Below are positions 9,892 through 19,251 of a DNA stretch of 34,945 nt, in pieces. Positions within the stretch are counted from its first letter, which is position 1; each line of letters starts with the position of its first letter. Below the pieces are notes generated by a model. It saw only the letters and a program-made list of their open reading frames with translations, searched no databases and was not told where the DNA came from. The DNA is from a virus. Lineage: Duplodnaviria > Caudoviricetes. The position numbers and the translations under genes are program-made. The stretch covers positions 1 to 34,945 of IMG/VR virus record IMGVR_UViG_3300016672_000187. One strand, written 5' to 3'.

Positions 9892-10415
9892 GGTATTAAA
9901 CTTGAAAGAAATATTAATACTCCTCCTATAAATAGCCAGGTCATAATCTTACCAAAATGCATATATACCTGTTCCCATTTTGTAAGCTCTATAGGTGTTG
10001 GAACTTTTTGTATTACAGGATAAGGAACCGGTATCTTTTTAACCTGACCGCTGTGTTGTTTCTCGTACTTTTCCTTCCATTTAAGAAACAGGTTTTGGGC
10101 TTCTGTCTGAGCATCAACAATCAGTTTACCATCCTGAAGCTTTACATCGGCTTTGATACCTTTGGTGTTTTTTTGTTCCGGATTTCTCAGAACTGGTTTA
10201 TTGTTTACGCAATCGATGTATGCGCTGTAATAAAGACTGTCAGGTTTACTTACTAAAACGGTGTCTTTGATTGTAACGGTCACTAATTTGTCAACAAAAA
10301 CACTATCACGTTCGACGACGATTTGTGGTGGTTGTAGTTGTGGACTTTTTACTCTTGCGTTGCACGCGAGGAGTGATAGTGATGTGACCGTAAGTAGGAC
10401 GATTATATTCTTCAT
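9867..10415 (-). CDS. Lipoprotein with C-terminal TM helix; candidate unimolecular spanin
   Basis: Lipobox LLAC at residue 18; C-terminal hydrophobic IMTWLFIGGVLIFLSSLIPW; near holin. Confidence 0.6.
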   Translation of the reverse strand: MKNIIVLLTVTSLSLLACNARVKSPQLQPPQIVVERDSVFVDKLVTVTIKDTVLVSKPDSLYYSAYIDCVNNKPVLRNPEQKNTKGIKADVKLQDGKLIVDAQTEAQNLFLKWKEKYEKQHSGQVKKIPVPYPVIQKVPTPIELTKWEQVYMHFGKIMTWLFIGGVLIFLSSLIPWKALFRL

Positions 10416-11427
10416 TGCTTTTAATTTTAAATGATATTTTATTTTGTCTTTTTATCCCGTCAGACTCATCAATAGTGGTTGTAACGCCATCGATAAAGTA
10501 TTGACCATCTCTGTAACCCGTGGGATAATTCGGGTCTTTTACTTTAGCGGAATCACCGACTTCGGTTCTTGGTAAAGCCCATCCGTCAATTGAACCTTCG
10601 TACCCATCAAAAACAATAGAGTTATAATTTTTTTCAGCCCATTGTTTTAATTGTTCCTGGTTCAAATTAAGAGGTGCATGCAATGAAATTTCGCTTTCTC
10701 CAACATCGCCAAACTCATAGGTTACTTTTTTATTTGCACTACCTTTTTGCATGGAAACCGCTTTAATAAACCGTTTCCGGCTTGCTGCTGTTTTGTACTT
10801 TAAATCTGTACTCTCCCGGATGTTTTTCCCGAATGTAAACTCATGGACGGTTTGCGGTTTAAAATCGACTGTAAGACCTGCATAAAGCTTTTTGCCTTTG
10901 AAAAAACATCGTACACCGTATTTTTCTTTTAGATCTTGAATGACCTTGTAAGGATTAGCACGCTCAATCATGTATTTTCCTATTGGCATATCCAAAGCTT
11001 CTACTTCGTAACCTGGAGCGATGAACTTTAAAAGTTCCTTGAGGTTCGTAGATTTAAATGTGTGATTGATTAAAGGTTTTTTCTTAATCATGTACATTTC
11101 ATCTTCACACTCAATAACGATCGGAATTTCAGCTCCTACATTAGAAATATAGCCTGTAAATTCAGTGTATAAATCGCCGTCGTACCCTGCCTCTATGACT
11201 ATTGAATCACCTACTTTTAGATGCTCGAGCAGATTTTTTCTTTCGATTGAAAAACGCTTATCATTTACAATTGCATTTTTAAATTCTCTCGGCAGTTCCA
11301 GTACTGCAGTATCAGAAAATTTCTCAATTGTGCTTTCGATTTTAATCGACTTTACAACATTGAATTGTATTTTCTCTGCAATAGTGATTCTCAAATCAAT
11401 ATTAAAATAAAGATGTTTTTCACTCAT
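10306..11427 (-). CDS. Baseplate hub / late control D (Mu gp44-like)
   Basis: SDTAVLELP, GDSIVIEAGYDG..EFTGYI, IECEDEM motifs. Confidence 0.75.
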   Translation of the reverse strand: MSEKHLYFNIDLRITIAEKIQFNVVKSIKIESTIEKFSDTAVLELPREFKNAIVNDKRFSIERKNLLEHLKVGDSIVIEAGYDGDLYTEFTGYISNVGAEIPIVIECEDEMYMIKKKPLINHTFKSTNLKELLKFIAPGYEVEALDMPIGKYMIERANPYKVIQDLKEKYGVRCFFKGKKLYAGLTVDFKPQTVHEFTFGKNIRESTDLKYKTAASRKRFIKAVSMQKGSANKKVTYEFGDVGESEISLHAPLNLNQEQLKQWAEKNYNSIVFDGYEGSIDGWALPRTEVGDSAKVKDPNYPTGYRDGQYFIDGVTTTIDESDGIKRQNKISFKIKSNEEYNRPTYGHITITPRVQRKSKKSTTTTTTNRRRT

Positions 11428-12055
11428 TTGGCGTTAACAATGTATAAGTAACTTCCTTAATACTACTTGCATTAATAGAAAACTGAATAGTGTCTTGAAA
11501 ACCCTCAATAGGTGTAAAAGAAACATCTTTCAAATAAATACTATTAATTTTTTTGTCAGCAAACTGTTCCCCGATTACACGAATTACTCTGTTTTGTTCA
11601 AAAAAATCGGTTAATTCTTTAATTTTACTGGATGGATATGTTCTATTTTCTACATCAATCAAAACACCTTTTATATCGACATTCCACGGTTTTGTTCCCC
11701 ATCGTTCGATTACAACGCCATCACCACCACTAATAGCTGTTTCAATTAAATTTTTTTCTCTGCTAAAATTTATCATTAAAGGTGGGGCGTAAATTGCTCC
11801 ATAACCATCACCTTCTAACATTGCAGAAAATTTTAAACTAATTTTGCTTTTGGTAGGGTCTGTTTCTTCAGGAATTATATAATAAAGTTCTACATCTTCA
11901 AAAGCCGGATCTAAATCATCATAAACATCAACGCTGTATTTATTTTCATCCCTTGATATTACCGCCGTATTGATTGCATTGCTGATAGCTACGATTCCAA
12001 AAGCAGCTGCATATCGTGCTGCTAAATTGATTACTACTGATTCGCCGACTGTCAT
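11420..12055 (-). CDS. Tail tube initiator-like protein (DUF6046-like)
   Basis: REKNLIETAISGGDGVVIE...V.IKG pattern; synteny. Confidence 0.6.
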   Translation of the reverse strand: MTVGESVVINLAARYAAAFGIVAISNAINTAVISRDENKYSVDVYDDLDPAFEDVELYYIIPEETDPTKSKISLKFSAMLEGDGYGAIYAPPLMINFSREKNLIETAISGGDGVVIERWGTKPWNVDIKGVLIDVENRTYPSSKIKELTDFFEQNRVIRVIGEQFADKKINSIYLKDVSFTPIEGFQDTIQFSINASSIKEVTYTLLTPNE

Positions 12056-12258
12056 AAATCTTTCTTTTTAACTCCTAATATTCCCTGATCTGCGAGCCAT
12101 CCTATTTGAGCCCATTTGTTTGCCCAAGTGTCGTCGTCCATTTTTTCCGGGAAAGGAATATGAAGGAAGTAGCTCATTAGAGCATCCGCCTTCATAATCA
12201 AATCACTATCCTGATTGTAGCTTAGACCGGAACTTTCTAAACTTTCCCAAACTTTCCC
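12052..12258 (-). CDS. -1 frameshift extension of the tail assembly chaperone (gpGT-like)
   Basis: The -1 frame from G GGA AAG (12252-12258) is open to TGA at 12052, which overlaps the next ATG. Confidence 0.75.
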   Translation of the reverse strand, partial: GKVWESLESSGLSYNQDSDLIMKADALMSYFLHIPFPEKMDDDTWANKWAQIGWLADQGILGVKKKDL

Positions 12259-12587
12259 TGTCTGATAGGTACTAATTCAAATAATAAAGATGCAGCTGCA
12301 TAGAATAGACCGTCGTCATTCATTACACGTTCTTTATCTGTTACGATGCAATTTTTAACTAAAATCTCTTGCCCTTTTTTTGGATCTGAATTCATAAATT
12401 TCATGGATTGCCCCGTAACGGAACGATCTGGAACTATTGCTAAAACTTCGATTTCTTCAGTAGCATCATCATTCAATGGAAGAATAAGAGACTTTAGTTT
12501 ATCACCATGCTTTTCTTTCATGGCTTTTTTAACTTCTTCCGATACTGGAATAAATGCTTCGTTAGCTGTTTTTTCTGTTTTTGACAT
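12237..12587 (-). CDS. Tail assembly chaperone (gpG-like)
   Basis: Directly after tube gene; ends at an in-phase GGGAAAG slippery heptamer. Confidence 0.8.
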   Translation of the reverse strand: MSKTEKTANEAFIPVSEEVKKAMKEKHGDKLKSLILPLNDDATEEIEVLAIVPDRSVTGQSMKFMNSDPKKGQEILVKNCIVTDKERVMNDDGLFYAAASLLFELVPIRQGKFGKV

Positions 12588-12620
12588 TTTTAAATTATTT
12601 TTAAACGGTTTTTAAATAGA

Positions 12621-13037
12621 TTAAGGAAAGACGTTAAGCTTTACACTCAGAGCAAACAATTCGTATTGTTTTTCAAGCCCCATATCTCCAGTAACTTCAC
12701 GTCCATCTGATTTGAATTTTGAAACGATTTTATCGACTACGATTAGGTTATACTCATTTACAAATTCTACTGTGATAGTGAAAGGCTTGATTTTAAGAAT
12801 ATCACCTCCGGATGCAGTTTCTAATGGTGTGGCATCGCCCATCATTAAAGTCCATGAACAGGAAGGTGTTTTTTTCCCCCACGACCATGATGTTGCATCG
12901 ATTCCCATGGTATGATTTAACTGGTGATCCTGCTCGTTACCATAAGTGAGTGATTTCACTTCGATAGGCACACCGTTAATCTTAACTTTTACATCGGCAG
13001 AGTCATACGCTTTGCCATTTCTTATGATTTCTGACAT
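12621..13037 (-). CDS. Tail tube protein
   Basis: 138 aa after sheath; NGKAYDSADV..ING pattern. Confidence 0.8.
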   Translation of the reverse strand: MSEIIRNGKAYDSADVKVKINGVPIEVKSLTYGNEQDHQLNHTMGIDATSWSWGKKTPSCSWTLMMGDATPLETASGGDILKIKPFTITVEFVNEYNLIVVDKIVSKFKSDGREVTGDMGLEKQYELFALSVKLNVFP

Positions 13038-13039
13038 GA

Positions 13040-14281
13040 TTAAATTTGAGATTTAAGATTGACCGTTCCGTTAATTTCTCCGACATTGCCTTTTGGTACG
13101 ACTTTAAAGCCTATGTTCAAAGTTTTTGCAACAACTAAATCGCTTTCACGATCAACAGTTGTTTTACCGTAAGAGATTTCTGAAGCTCGTTGCATATCAA
13201 TAAACTTCCGATCTCCTAAATCTTCCAGGGCGACAACTGACCCAGGAGAAAGTTTTCCAGTCGTTTCGTTTAACAGATATGATTTTTTTACTTCAGGTAA
13301 ATAAGCGGTTCTAAGCAAACGCCTAACTTTTTTTGCAGTTCTGCCATAAGCGACCGTATGCTCATTGATATTGTTATCATCATCGATAACTATAGGAGCG
13401 CAAACATGGTCGTTATTCAATCTAACTCCAGCCATTCCGACATAAGTAATTCCGAAAACATAACCTTTATTTTCAAGTGTTTGTAAATCCGAATGCATTT
13501 CTTCAATTTTCTTATGATTGGAAAGCCCTGGATTAACCAACAGTTTTTTTGCTTCGTGCGTAAGATTTTTAGTATCATTTTCACCGATATTCTGATCAAC
13601 AGTACATGAAGCACAAACACCTAAAACAGTTCCGATATTAGCGTATTTTTGAGCGTGTCCGGTTTTCTTTTCTGCGATATCCCAATCCTGACCATTTACC
13701 AAGGTCACACCTTCTGCAGATAAATTTTCTAAATCACGTAAATCGGCAGAACTGGCAGCATTACCTCCCCAAGCGTAACACTCAAGAAAAACGGAAACGG
13801 GCATGTGATTCTCTTCCGACCATTCCTCAAGTAATTTTGCAGCAGCAATAGCGTTGTAAACGTCATCCGGCATACCGTTAAGCATTACATTTGTCACAGT
13901 TGGGAGTAAATTAACTCCGATTGCGATTTGCTTGATTTTGCCTTTTGCAAAAATCATAAGTGTTTTTGCAGGATCATCACAAAGGTCAACGAGCTTGTCT
14001 GTTTGTGGTTCTATCGTTAAGTACAATTCAGTTCCTTCCGGAGCGAGTCTGTAAAATTCTGAAATATGCTCATAAACATGAACGTTATTCGTTAAATCGT
14101 AAGCTTTAGTAATTCCTAAAGATTCAACATCCTGAATGTTGTAAACTACTTTTGGAGTCGATAAATCAAGATTTGCAGGCTTTACACCTGATAAGACGAT
14201 TCCGCTAATTGCGTCATCGCTTGCGAGACGGTTAGTCCCGACTTTGCCTTTTCTGATGGATGCTCCGTCTAAATTTGACAT
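13040..14281 (-). CDS. Tail sheath protein (DUF2586-like)
   Basis: 413 aa; HISEFYRLAPEG and L...GY...Y.G..G...N.D motifs; precedes tube. Confidence 0.8.
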   Translation of the reverse strand: MSNLDGASIRKGKVGTNRLASDDAISGIVLSGVKPANLDLSTPKVVYNIQDVESLGITKAYDLTNNVHVYEHISEFYRLAPEGTELYLTIEPQTDKLVDLCDDPAKTLMIFAKGKIKQIAIGVNLLPTVTNVMLNGMPDDVYNAIAAAKLLEEWSEENHMPVSVFLECYAWGGNAASSADLRDLENLSAEGVTLVNGQDWDIAEKKTGHAQKYANIGTVLGVCASCTVDQNIGENDTKNLTHEAKKLLVNPGLSNHKKIEEMHSDLQTLENKGYVFGITYVGMAGVRLNNDHVCAPIVIDDDNNINEHTVAYGRTAKKVRRLLRTAYLPEVKKSYLLNETTGKLSPGSVVALEDLGDRKFIDMQRASEISYGKTTVDRESDLVVAKTLNIGFKVVPKGNVGEINGTVNLKSQI

Positions 14282-14290
14282 ATCTTTTAA

Positions 14291-14503
14291 TTATTTAGTT
14301 GTACCTTTTTTATCTGCTTTTGCAGCCTGAGGTGTGATTGAATCGATCTCACCCTCTCTATTGCCTTCTTTATTTTTAGGAAGACTATTGTTAGCGTAAC
14401 TTTTGTTTGTAAACCATTCACCTGAAGGATTTAAAAACAATTCCTTTACATCTGGATTTTTAGCGAAAAAATCCTGTGCGTACTTTTTTTGCTCTTCTGT
14501 CAT
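14291..14503 (-). CDS. Small hypothetical protein downstream of capsid (start MTEEQ)
   Basis: ATG at 14503 with A-rich leader just after the RNA element; 70 aa. Confidence 0.6.
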   Translation of the reverse strand: MTEEQKKYAQDFFAKNPDVKELFLNPSGEWFTNKSYANNSLPKNKEGNREGEIDSITPQAAKADKKGTTK

Positions 14504-14518
14504 AATATTAATTATTGA

Positions 14519-14564
14519 TTGTTCCCAGGAGTGGAATCGAACCACTCCAAAAAACCGTTTGGGA
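14519..14564 (-). ncRNA. tRNA-like (acceptor/T-arm) element, copy 1
   Basis: TCCCA AACGGTTTTTT GGAGTGG TTCGATT CCACTCC TGGGA ACAA, 1 nt after the capsid stop codon. Confidence 0.8.
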
Positions 14565-14565
14565 T

Positions 14566-15492
14566 TTATGGGGCTACCTTTCCGGAAACCATAGCACCAA
14601 AACCATGTTCCTGAACTTTATCTACTAATCCATAAGTGTGAGTTCTATACTCAGCTGTAGGATTTTTCCCTCTTGTATCTGTTTTCATTTCCTTTAACAG
14701 AGACATGACAGTTTCAATATGATAGCAAGTATTGGGAGCATATAAGAAAACTGATGAACTCTGATCTCCGGTAACTTTATTAGAACCTAATGATTTTAAT
14801 TCATCGTTAGCACCATAAAGTGGAGTCTCCGTATTTTCAAACATTTTTAAGTTGTAGAATCTTTTGAGCTCTCCTGTATTTTTGTCGATTTCCAAATCAC
14901 GATAATTAGATGTTTCAGATTTATCATGAACTAAATCTGCCTTATGCTCATCACTAAGGATGAAATATTGCATATCTTTAGCAGTCAAATTTAATTTTAC
15001 GACTTCTTGGAATAAGAATCTATTCAAATCCTTGTACGTCATTCTTAGCCTGCCTTCGAACTCTTCCCCAGTTGTTCTGATAACTGGCATTTTATTTGGC
15101 ACATGCTTTTTAGGAGCTAGCTTATTCAACGCATATCTACGAACACCAATTCTAAAAGAATCAGTGTGAGCAACTCTGATTGCAGCTTCTTTATCATATG
15201 CCATTGCTCTTAATTCAGCATCGGTATAAGATGTAGGCGTTGTATCCAATTTATCCCACGGAATAAAACCTTTTTGCCCCGTCATTGCTAAAGGTTCAAA
15301 ATCTTCAGTAGCATTTACCACAAAACCAACATTGTTGATTAATTTGTTAAACTTAATACCATCAGTATCAATTGCACCTGAATTTGGTCTTTTCAAAACA
15401 CCAATGAAAGCGTCATTATAGTTTTGGAAATCTTGTAAAAGTTGAGGATCTACGAAGGTATTTAACCAATTACCGTCTATTAATTCTGACAT
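14566..15492 (-). CDS. Major capsid protein
   Basis: 308 aa immediately after protease/scaffold and before the tail genes. Confidence 0.75.
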   Translation of the reverse strand: MSELIDGNWLNTFVDPQLLQDFQNYNDAFIGVLKRPNSGAIDTDGIKFNKLINNVGFVVNATEDFEPLAMTGQKGFIPWDKLDTTPTSYTDAELRAMAYDKEAAIRVAHTDSFRIGVRRYALNKLAPKKHVPNKMPVIRTTGEEFEGRLRMTYKDLNRFLFQEVVKLNLTAKDMQYFILSDEHKADLVHDKSETSNYRDLEIDKNTGELKRFYNLKMFENTETPLYGANDELKSLGSNKVTGDQSSSVFLYAPNTCYHIETVMSLLKEMKTDTRGKNPTAEYRTHTYGLVDKVQEHGFGAMVSGKVAP

Positions 15493-15494
15493 AT

Positions 15495-16619
15495 TTATTT
15501 TTTGTATTTAGCGTTAAACAATGTTTGAAATTTCTCTTTGTCGGCAGATGCCAAAGCTTCCAATCCTTTCGGATCTTCTTTTTGCCATTGGTCGAATGAC
15601 CATGCATCACGACCTGCAATTGTCGCTCCCGGCGTACCTGTTTGAATCAAAGCCCCAATTCCCGGAGCAACAGGTTTGGCAACATTTTTAAGAACCATTT
15701 CCAAGGCTTCAACTCCTGAGGTCGCCCCAATTGTCTCATAAGTTTTCTTTTCATCTGGAGTAAAAGGTTTACTTGGATTTTCAGCTGCAGTAATCATATT
15801 GGTGATTCTTGAATCCTCATGAGATTTCAATTTTGCCTCAGCATCAGTCGCTTTTTTTTCTGCGCCTGTAATTTTCTCCTGAACAGCTGCCAAAACTGCG
15901 CTGTCAGAACTGTTAGCATCAAGCCCAGCAAGAGCCAATGCAGTAATAAGTAACTGTTTCATATTATCGTTAAAATTTTTGTTAGGGTTTTCGTAATTAT
16001 TAAATGCGCTTACCGCTGCTGTAGGAATCGATGTAAGCAAGCTTGCATACATATTATAAACTTCAGTTTCTCCAACATCTTCAGGATCGAAAGCAGGATA
16101 AACGGTTTCAACTGATGCAGGAAGTATTTCAGATACTAAACCAAGAGCCAAAGCTTCTTTTGCACTTAACCAGGTATCTTTACTGATCCATGCTTTTACT
16201 TCAGCTTCAGTTTTTCCAGTCCTAAGCATCAATTTATCAACAAAGTTTTCTTCCATTAATCGAAGAAGCTTTGCGTTTGATTCATGATCTTGAGCATTAC
16301 CATAGGAGCCACTATGGGGTGCGTGAATCATCACGTATCCATTATTTACAATTTTTACTTTCTTGGAGGATAGTATGAAAATCGCACCCATAGAAGCGGC
16401 TAACCCATCTATAATAATAGTAATGTCTGCGGATGAACGTTCTAAAGCATTACACATAAGATTTCCGGCAAAGACAGAACCGCCATAAGTGTGTAATCTG
16501 ATTGTAATTTCAGAGTATTGACTTTCCAATCTTGATAGATAATACACAAAGTCCTGACCATCATATTCCCAGATGGTTCCGTACATCGTTAAAACATTGT
16601 CTTTGATTCCAAATATCAT
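15495..16619 (-). CDS. ClpP-type prohead protease with C-terminal scaffold
   Basis: HTYGGSV, GLAASMG (catalytic Ser), MIHAP (His), DTWLSAKEA motifs; Ala/Lys-rich C-terminal half. Confidence 0.9.
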   Translation of the reverse strand: MIFGIKDNVLTMYGTIWEYDGQDFVYYLSRLESQYSEITIRLHTYGGSVFAGNLMCNALERSSADITIIIDGLAASMGAIFILSSKKVKIVNNGYVMIHAPHSGSYGNAQDHESNAKLLRLMEENFVDKLMLRTGKTEAEVKAWISKDTWLSAKEALALGLVSEILPASVETVYPAFDPEDVGETEVYNMYASLLTSIPTAAVSAFNNYENPNKNFNDNMKQLLITALALAGLDANSSDSAVLAAVQEKITGAEKKATDAEAKLKSHEDSRITNMITAAENPSKPFTPDEKKTYETIGATSGVEALEMVLKNVAKPVAPGIGALIQTGTPGATIAGRDAWSFDQWQKEDPKGLEALASADKEKFQTLFNAKYKK

Positions 16620-16639
16620 TGCGTTGCTTGAATTTTCAG

Positions 16640-16647
16640 CAAACTTA
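16640..16647 (-). promoter_or_regulatory. -7 box (TAAGTTTG) of the head/tail operon; divergent promoter region
   Basis: TAnnTTTG match about 20 nt upstream of ATG 16619; a near-match GATTTTTG at 16721-16728 faces the other way. Confidence 0.55.
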
Positions 16648-16740
16648 AAACAGGATTAAACCCATTTTTTAAAGACCTGCAATGGTTGCCGCTTTTTAAA
16701 AAAAGTGCGTTTTCGATTTGGATTTTTGCGGAAAAAGTAC

Positions 16741-17184
16741 ATGTCAAAAAGAGTAAACAACGAGCCTTTAAGAGCAATTGCCGAAAGGATGTTTATCGAA
16801 GACGGCTTAACCGCAAAAGCTATTGCTGATGCAGTTGGAGTGACAGAACAAACTATCGGTAGATGGCGAAAAGGTATCCAGGGCGATATCTCCTGGGATG
16901 ACAAAAGAAAGCAATATTTATCTGCGCCAAACAACATCAAAAAAGTATTAATGTCAGAACTCAGCGATCTTGCTGAGGGTAAACAATCGAAGCTTGATGT
17001 TAAGGCTATCACAGAAGTAAGAAAAGCAATGGAATTACTTTCCGATTCAATTTCGGCTCACGTGGTAATGGCAGTTCTTAAAGAGTTTGATTCATGGATG
17101 GCATCGCAAGATCCTGATATCGCAATTAGTTTTCTTGAATGGCATAAACTGTTTTTACTACATAAAGTCCAACAAGAACAATGA
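16741..17184 (+). CDS. HTH protein, probable terminase small subunit
   Basis: TAKAIADAVGVTEQTIGRWR HTH; ATGA overlap with large terminase. Confidence 0.75.
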   Translation: MSKRVNNEPLRAIAERMFIEDGLTAKAIADAVGVTEQTIGRWRKGIQGDISWDDKRKQYLSAPNNIKKVLMSELSDLAEGKQSKLDVKAITEVRKAMELLSDSISAHVVMAVLKEFDSWMASQDPDIAISFLEWHKLFLLHKVQQEQ

Positions 17185-18770
17185 GTAATTTTAAGTTAAC
17201 GAAAGCCTTTGAAAAAATGCTCCTCGAATATGATGAGCATTGTAAAGGCATTCACAGAACTACGGGCTCTGGACTTGACCCAAATCAATCTCCTACTGAA
17301 AGAAGAAAGGAGCGTTTAGCATGGGAAAAAGATTATATCACATGGTTTGAGAAAATGTTCCCACATTACGCAAAAGTAAAATGTGCTTGGTATCATCGAA
17401 AACTTGCAAACCTCATTATTAATAATGAAGTGTGCGATGTACTTGCAGAAATTTACCGTTCCGGAGCAAAGTCGGTTCACATTGATTTAGGAATTCCGAT
17501 GTTTCTATATGTTACAGGACAATTAAAATTCATGCTTTTATTTGGGCAAACCGATAAAAAAGCAAAGAAATTAATTTCCGACATACAGGCTGAATTTGCT
17601 AACAATCAGACATTCATTCACTATTACGGCAAGAAATTTAAATTCGGCGACTGGTCTGAAGGAGATTTTACAACAACCGACGGCGCAAAGTTTATGACCT
17701 CTACTCCTGGGCAATCTCCCAGAGGTTTGAGAGAAGGAAATGCACGTCCCGACTATATTGTTTTTGATGATGTTGATACGAGACAAAGAGTTAATAATGA
17801 TGATTTGTCTAATAAGCTTTTTGATTTCGCTTGGGAAGACGCAAAAGGAACATTTGATGAAGGCTCAAGATACAGACGTTTTGTGGTTGCTAATAACAAC
17901 TTCCACAAAAACTGCTTGATTAATCTCCTGAAAGAAGAATTTAAGCTTATTAATGCAAGGTTGAAAGAAGCAGGAATTAAATCTAAGTTTTTTGTATTAA
18001 CTGTAGCAGCTGTAAAAGACCTTACAACCTTTGAACCTAACTGGCCGGAAAAAACGACCGCTGCGTATTGGCAAGAAAAATACCTTTCCACTCCGTACCG
18101 TTCGTTCATGCGTGAATATATGCACGTTCACATTATCGAGGGTACAATTTTTAAAAACGATCAAATCCAGTACAAAGCAAGATTACAGTTCCGTTCATAC
18201 GAAGCATTGATGTTCTACGGAGATTTATCATACAAGGAAGCAGGAGATTTTAAGGCAATGATATTTGCCGGAAAGATTGGAAGGGAGTTTCATGTATTAA
18301 AAGCGTATGTCCGCCAAACAACAAGATACAACGTTGCAAAATGGCTGTATGAATTTGTAAAAGATCAAAACCTTTTAAAACTCAATATTCAATATCTCAT
18401 CGAAGGACTATTTGCCCAGGATGAATTTGTAAATGATTTTGATACGGTTGGCGATGAAGAAGGCTGGTACGTTCCGGTTGTTGCCGACAAAAAAAACAAA
18501 GAAGGAAAATTTGACCGTATCGAGAGCATGTCCGGATATTTTGAAAGAGGTAATGTCTGGTTTAATGAAGCTGAAAAAGGCTCAACCGATTTTCACGAAA
18601 CAATTAATCAATTATTAGCATTTGCGAAAGGTTCTGGGGCGCATGATGACGCACCGGATGCGCTCCAAAGTGCAATAAGCAAATTAAATGTTGCAGCCCT
18701 CACCAACAAAACACCTTTAAAAACTACAAGTCGAAAAGACGTAATAAATAAACAAAAAAACAGATACTAA
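17181..18770 (+). CDS. Terminase large subunit
   Basis: R.GAKS Walker A variant, RPDYIVFDD Walker B, C-terminal HDDAPDAL nuclease motif. Confidence 0.9.
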   Translation: MSNFKLTKAFEKMLLEYDEHCKGIHRTTGSGLDPNQSPTERRKERLAWEKDYITWFEKMFPHYAKVKCAWYHRKLANLIINNEVCDVLAEIYRSGAKSVHIDLGIPMFLYVTGQLKFMLLFGQTDKKAKKLISDIQAEFANNQTFIHYYGKKFKFGDWSEGDFTTTDGAKFMTSTPGQSPRGLREGNARPDYIVFDDVDTRQRVNNDDLSNKLFDFAWEDAKGTFDEGSRYRRFVVANNNFHKNCLINLLKEEFKLINARLKEAGIKSKFFVLTVAAVKDLTTFEPNWPEKTTAAYWQEKYLSTPYRSFMREYMHVHIIEGTIFKNDQIQYKARLQFRSYEALMFYGDLSYKEAGDFKAMIFAGKIGREFHVLKAYVRQTTRYNVAKWLYEFVKDQNLLKLNIQYLIEGLFAQDEFVNDFDTVGDEEGWYVPVVADKKNKEGKFDRIESMSGYFERGNVWFNEAEKGSTDFHETINQLLAFAKGSGAHDDAPDALQSAISKLNVAALTNKTPLKTTSRKDVINKQKNRY

Positions 18771-19195
18771 TGGCATTCATTACAGAAGACGATTACAGCG
18801 TTTTAGTACGCTCAGAAATAAAGGATGTTCTCTTAGAGAATTATTCAGAAACAAAATTGAGATCAGCCGAACAGATGGCGATCGCTCAGGTTAGAAATTA
18901 TCTATCCGGAAAATACGATACAAACAAAATATTTACAGCTGTAAACGATGCAAGAAACAGCCATATCGTAATGATTGTATTGGATTGCGCACTATATCAT
19001 TTATACACTGCTGCAAACCGTAAAGCAATGCCGGAAGTACGATCTCAAAGATATGGTGATGCAATCGAGTGGCTGAAATTAGTTGCTACCGGAGATGCAA
19101 CAGCCGATCTCCCTTCAAAAACAAATGATAGCGGAGAATCTATTACAGGTATAAAATTTAGTTCTCGACACACTTTGAGTGATAACCGTTGGTAA
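18770..19195 (+). CDS. Mu gp36-like head-tail connector (DUF1320-like)
   Basis: YLSGKYD, D.ALYHLY, RY.DAIEWLK.VA.G motifs. Confidence 0.85.
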   Translation: MAFITEDDYSVLVRSEIKDVLLENYSETKLRSAEQMAIAQVRNYLSGKYDTNKIFTAVNDARNSHIVMIVLDCALYHLYTAANRKAMPEVRSQRYGDAIEWLKLVATGDATADLPSKTNDSGESITGIKFSSRHTLSDNRW

Positions 19196-19251
19196 ATACA
19201 ATGTTTAAACACCCTTTAAATTCAATTTTAAGACAACCAAAATAAAAACTA

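Noticed and set aside
14504-14545. N-terminal extensions of ORFs 14291..14545 and 28250..28774 (VRFHSWEQ / VRFRSWEQ)
   Set aside because: These are translations of the RNA repeat; better ATG starts lie at 14503 and 28708.
14519-14564. Genuine tRNA gene or tRNA-derived attachment site
   Set aside because: No D or anticodon arm; five intergenic copies with a self-paired 5' strand; the phage uses a DDE transposase, not a tRNA-targeting integrase.
14519-14564. Repeat as a simple intrinsic terminator
   Set aside because: On the sense strand the T-run precedes the hairpin rather than following it; the plus strand has an A-run after the hairpin.
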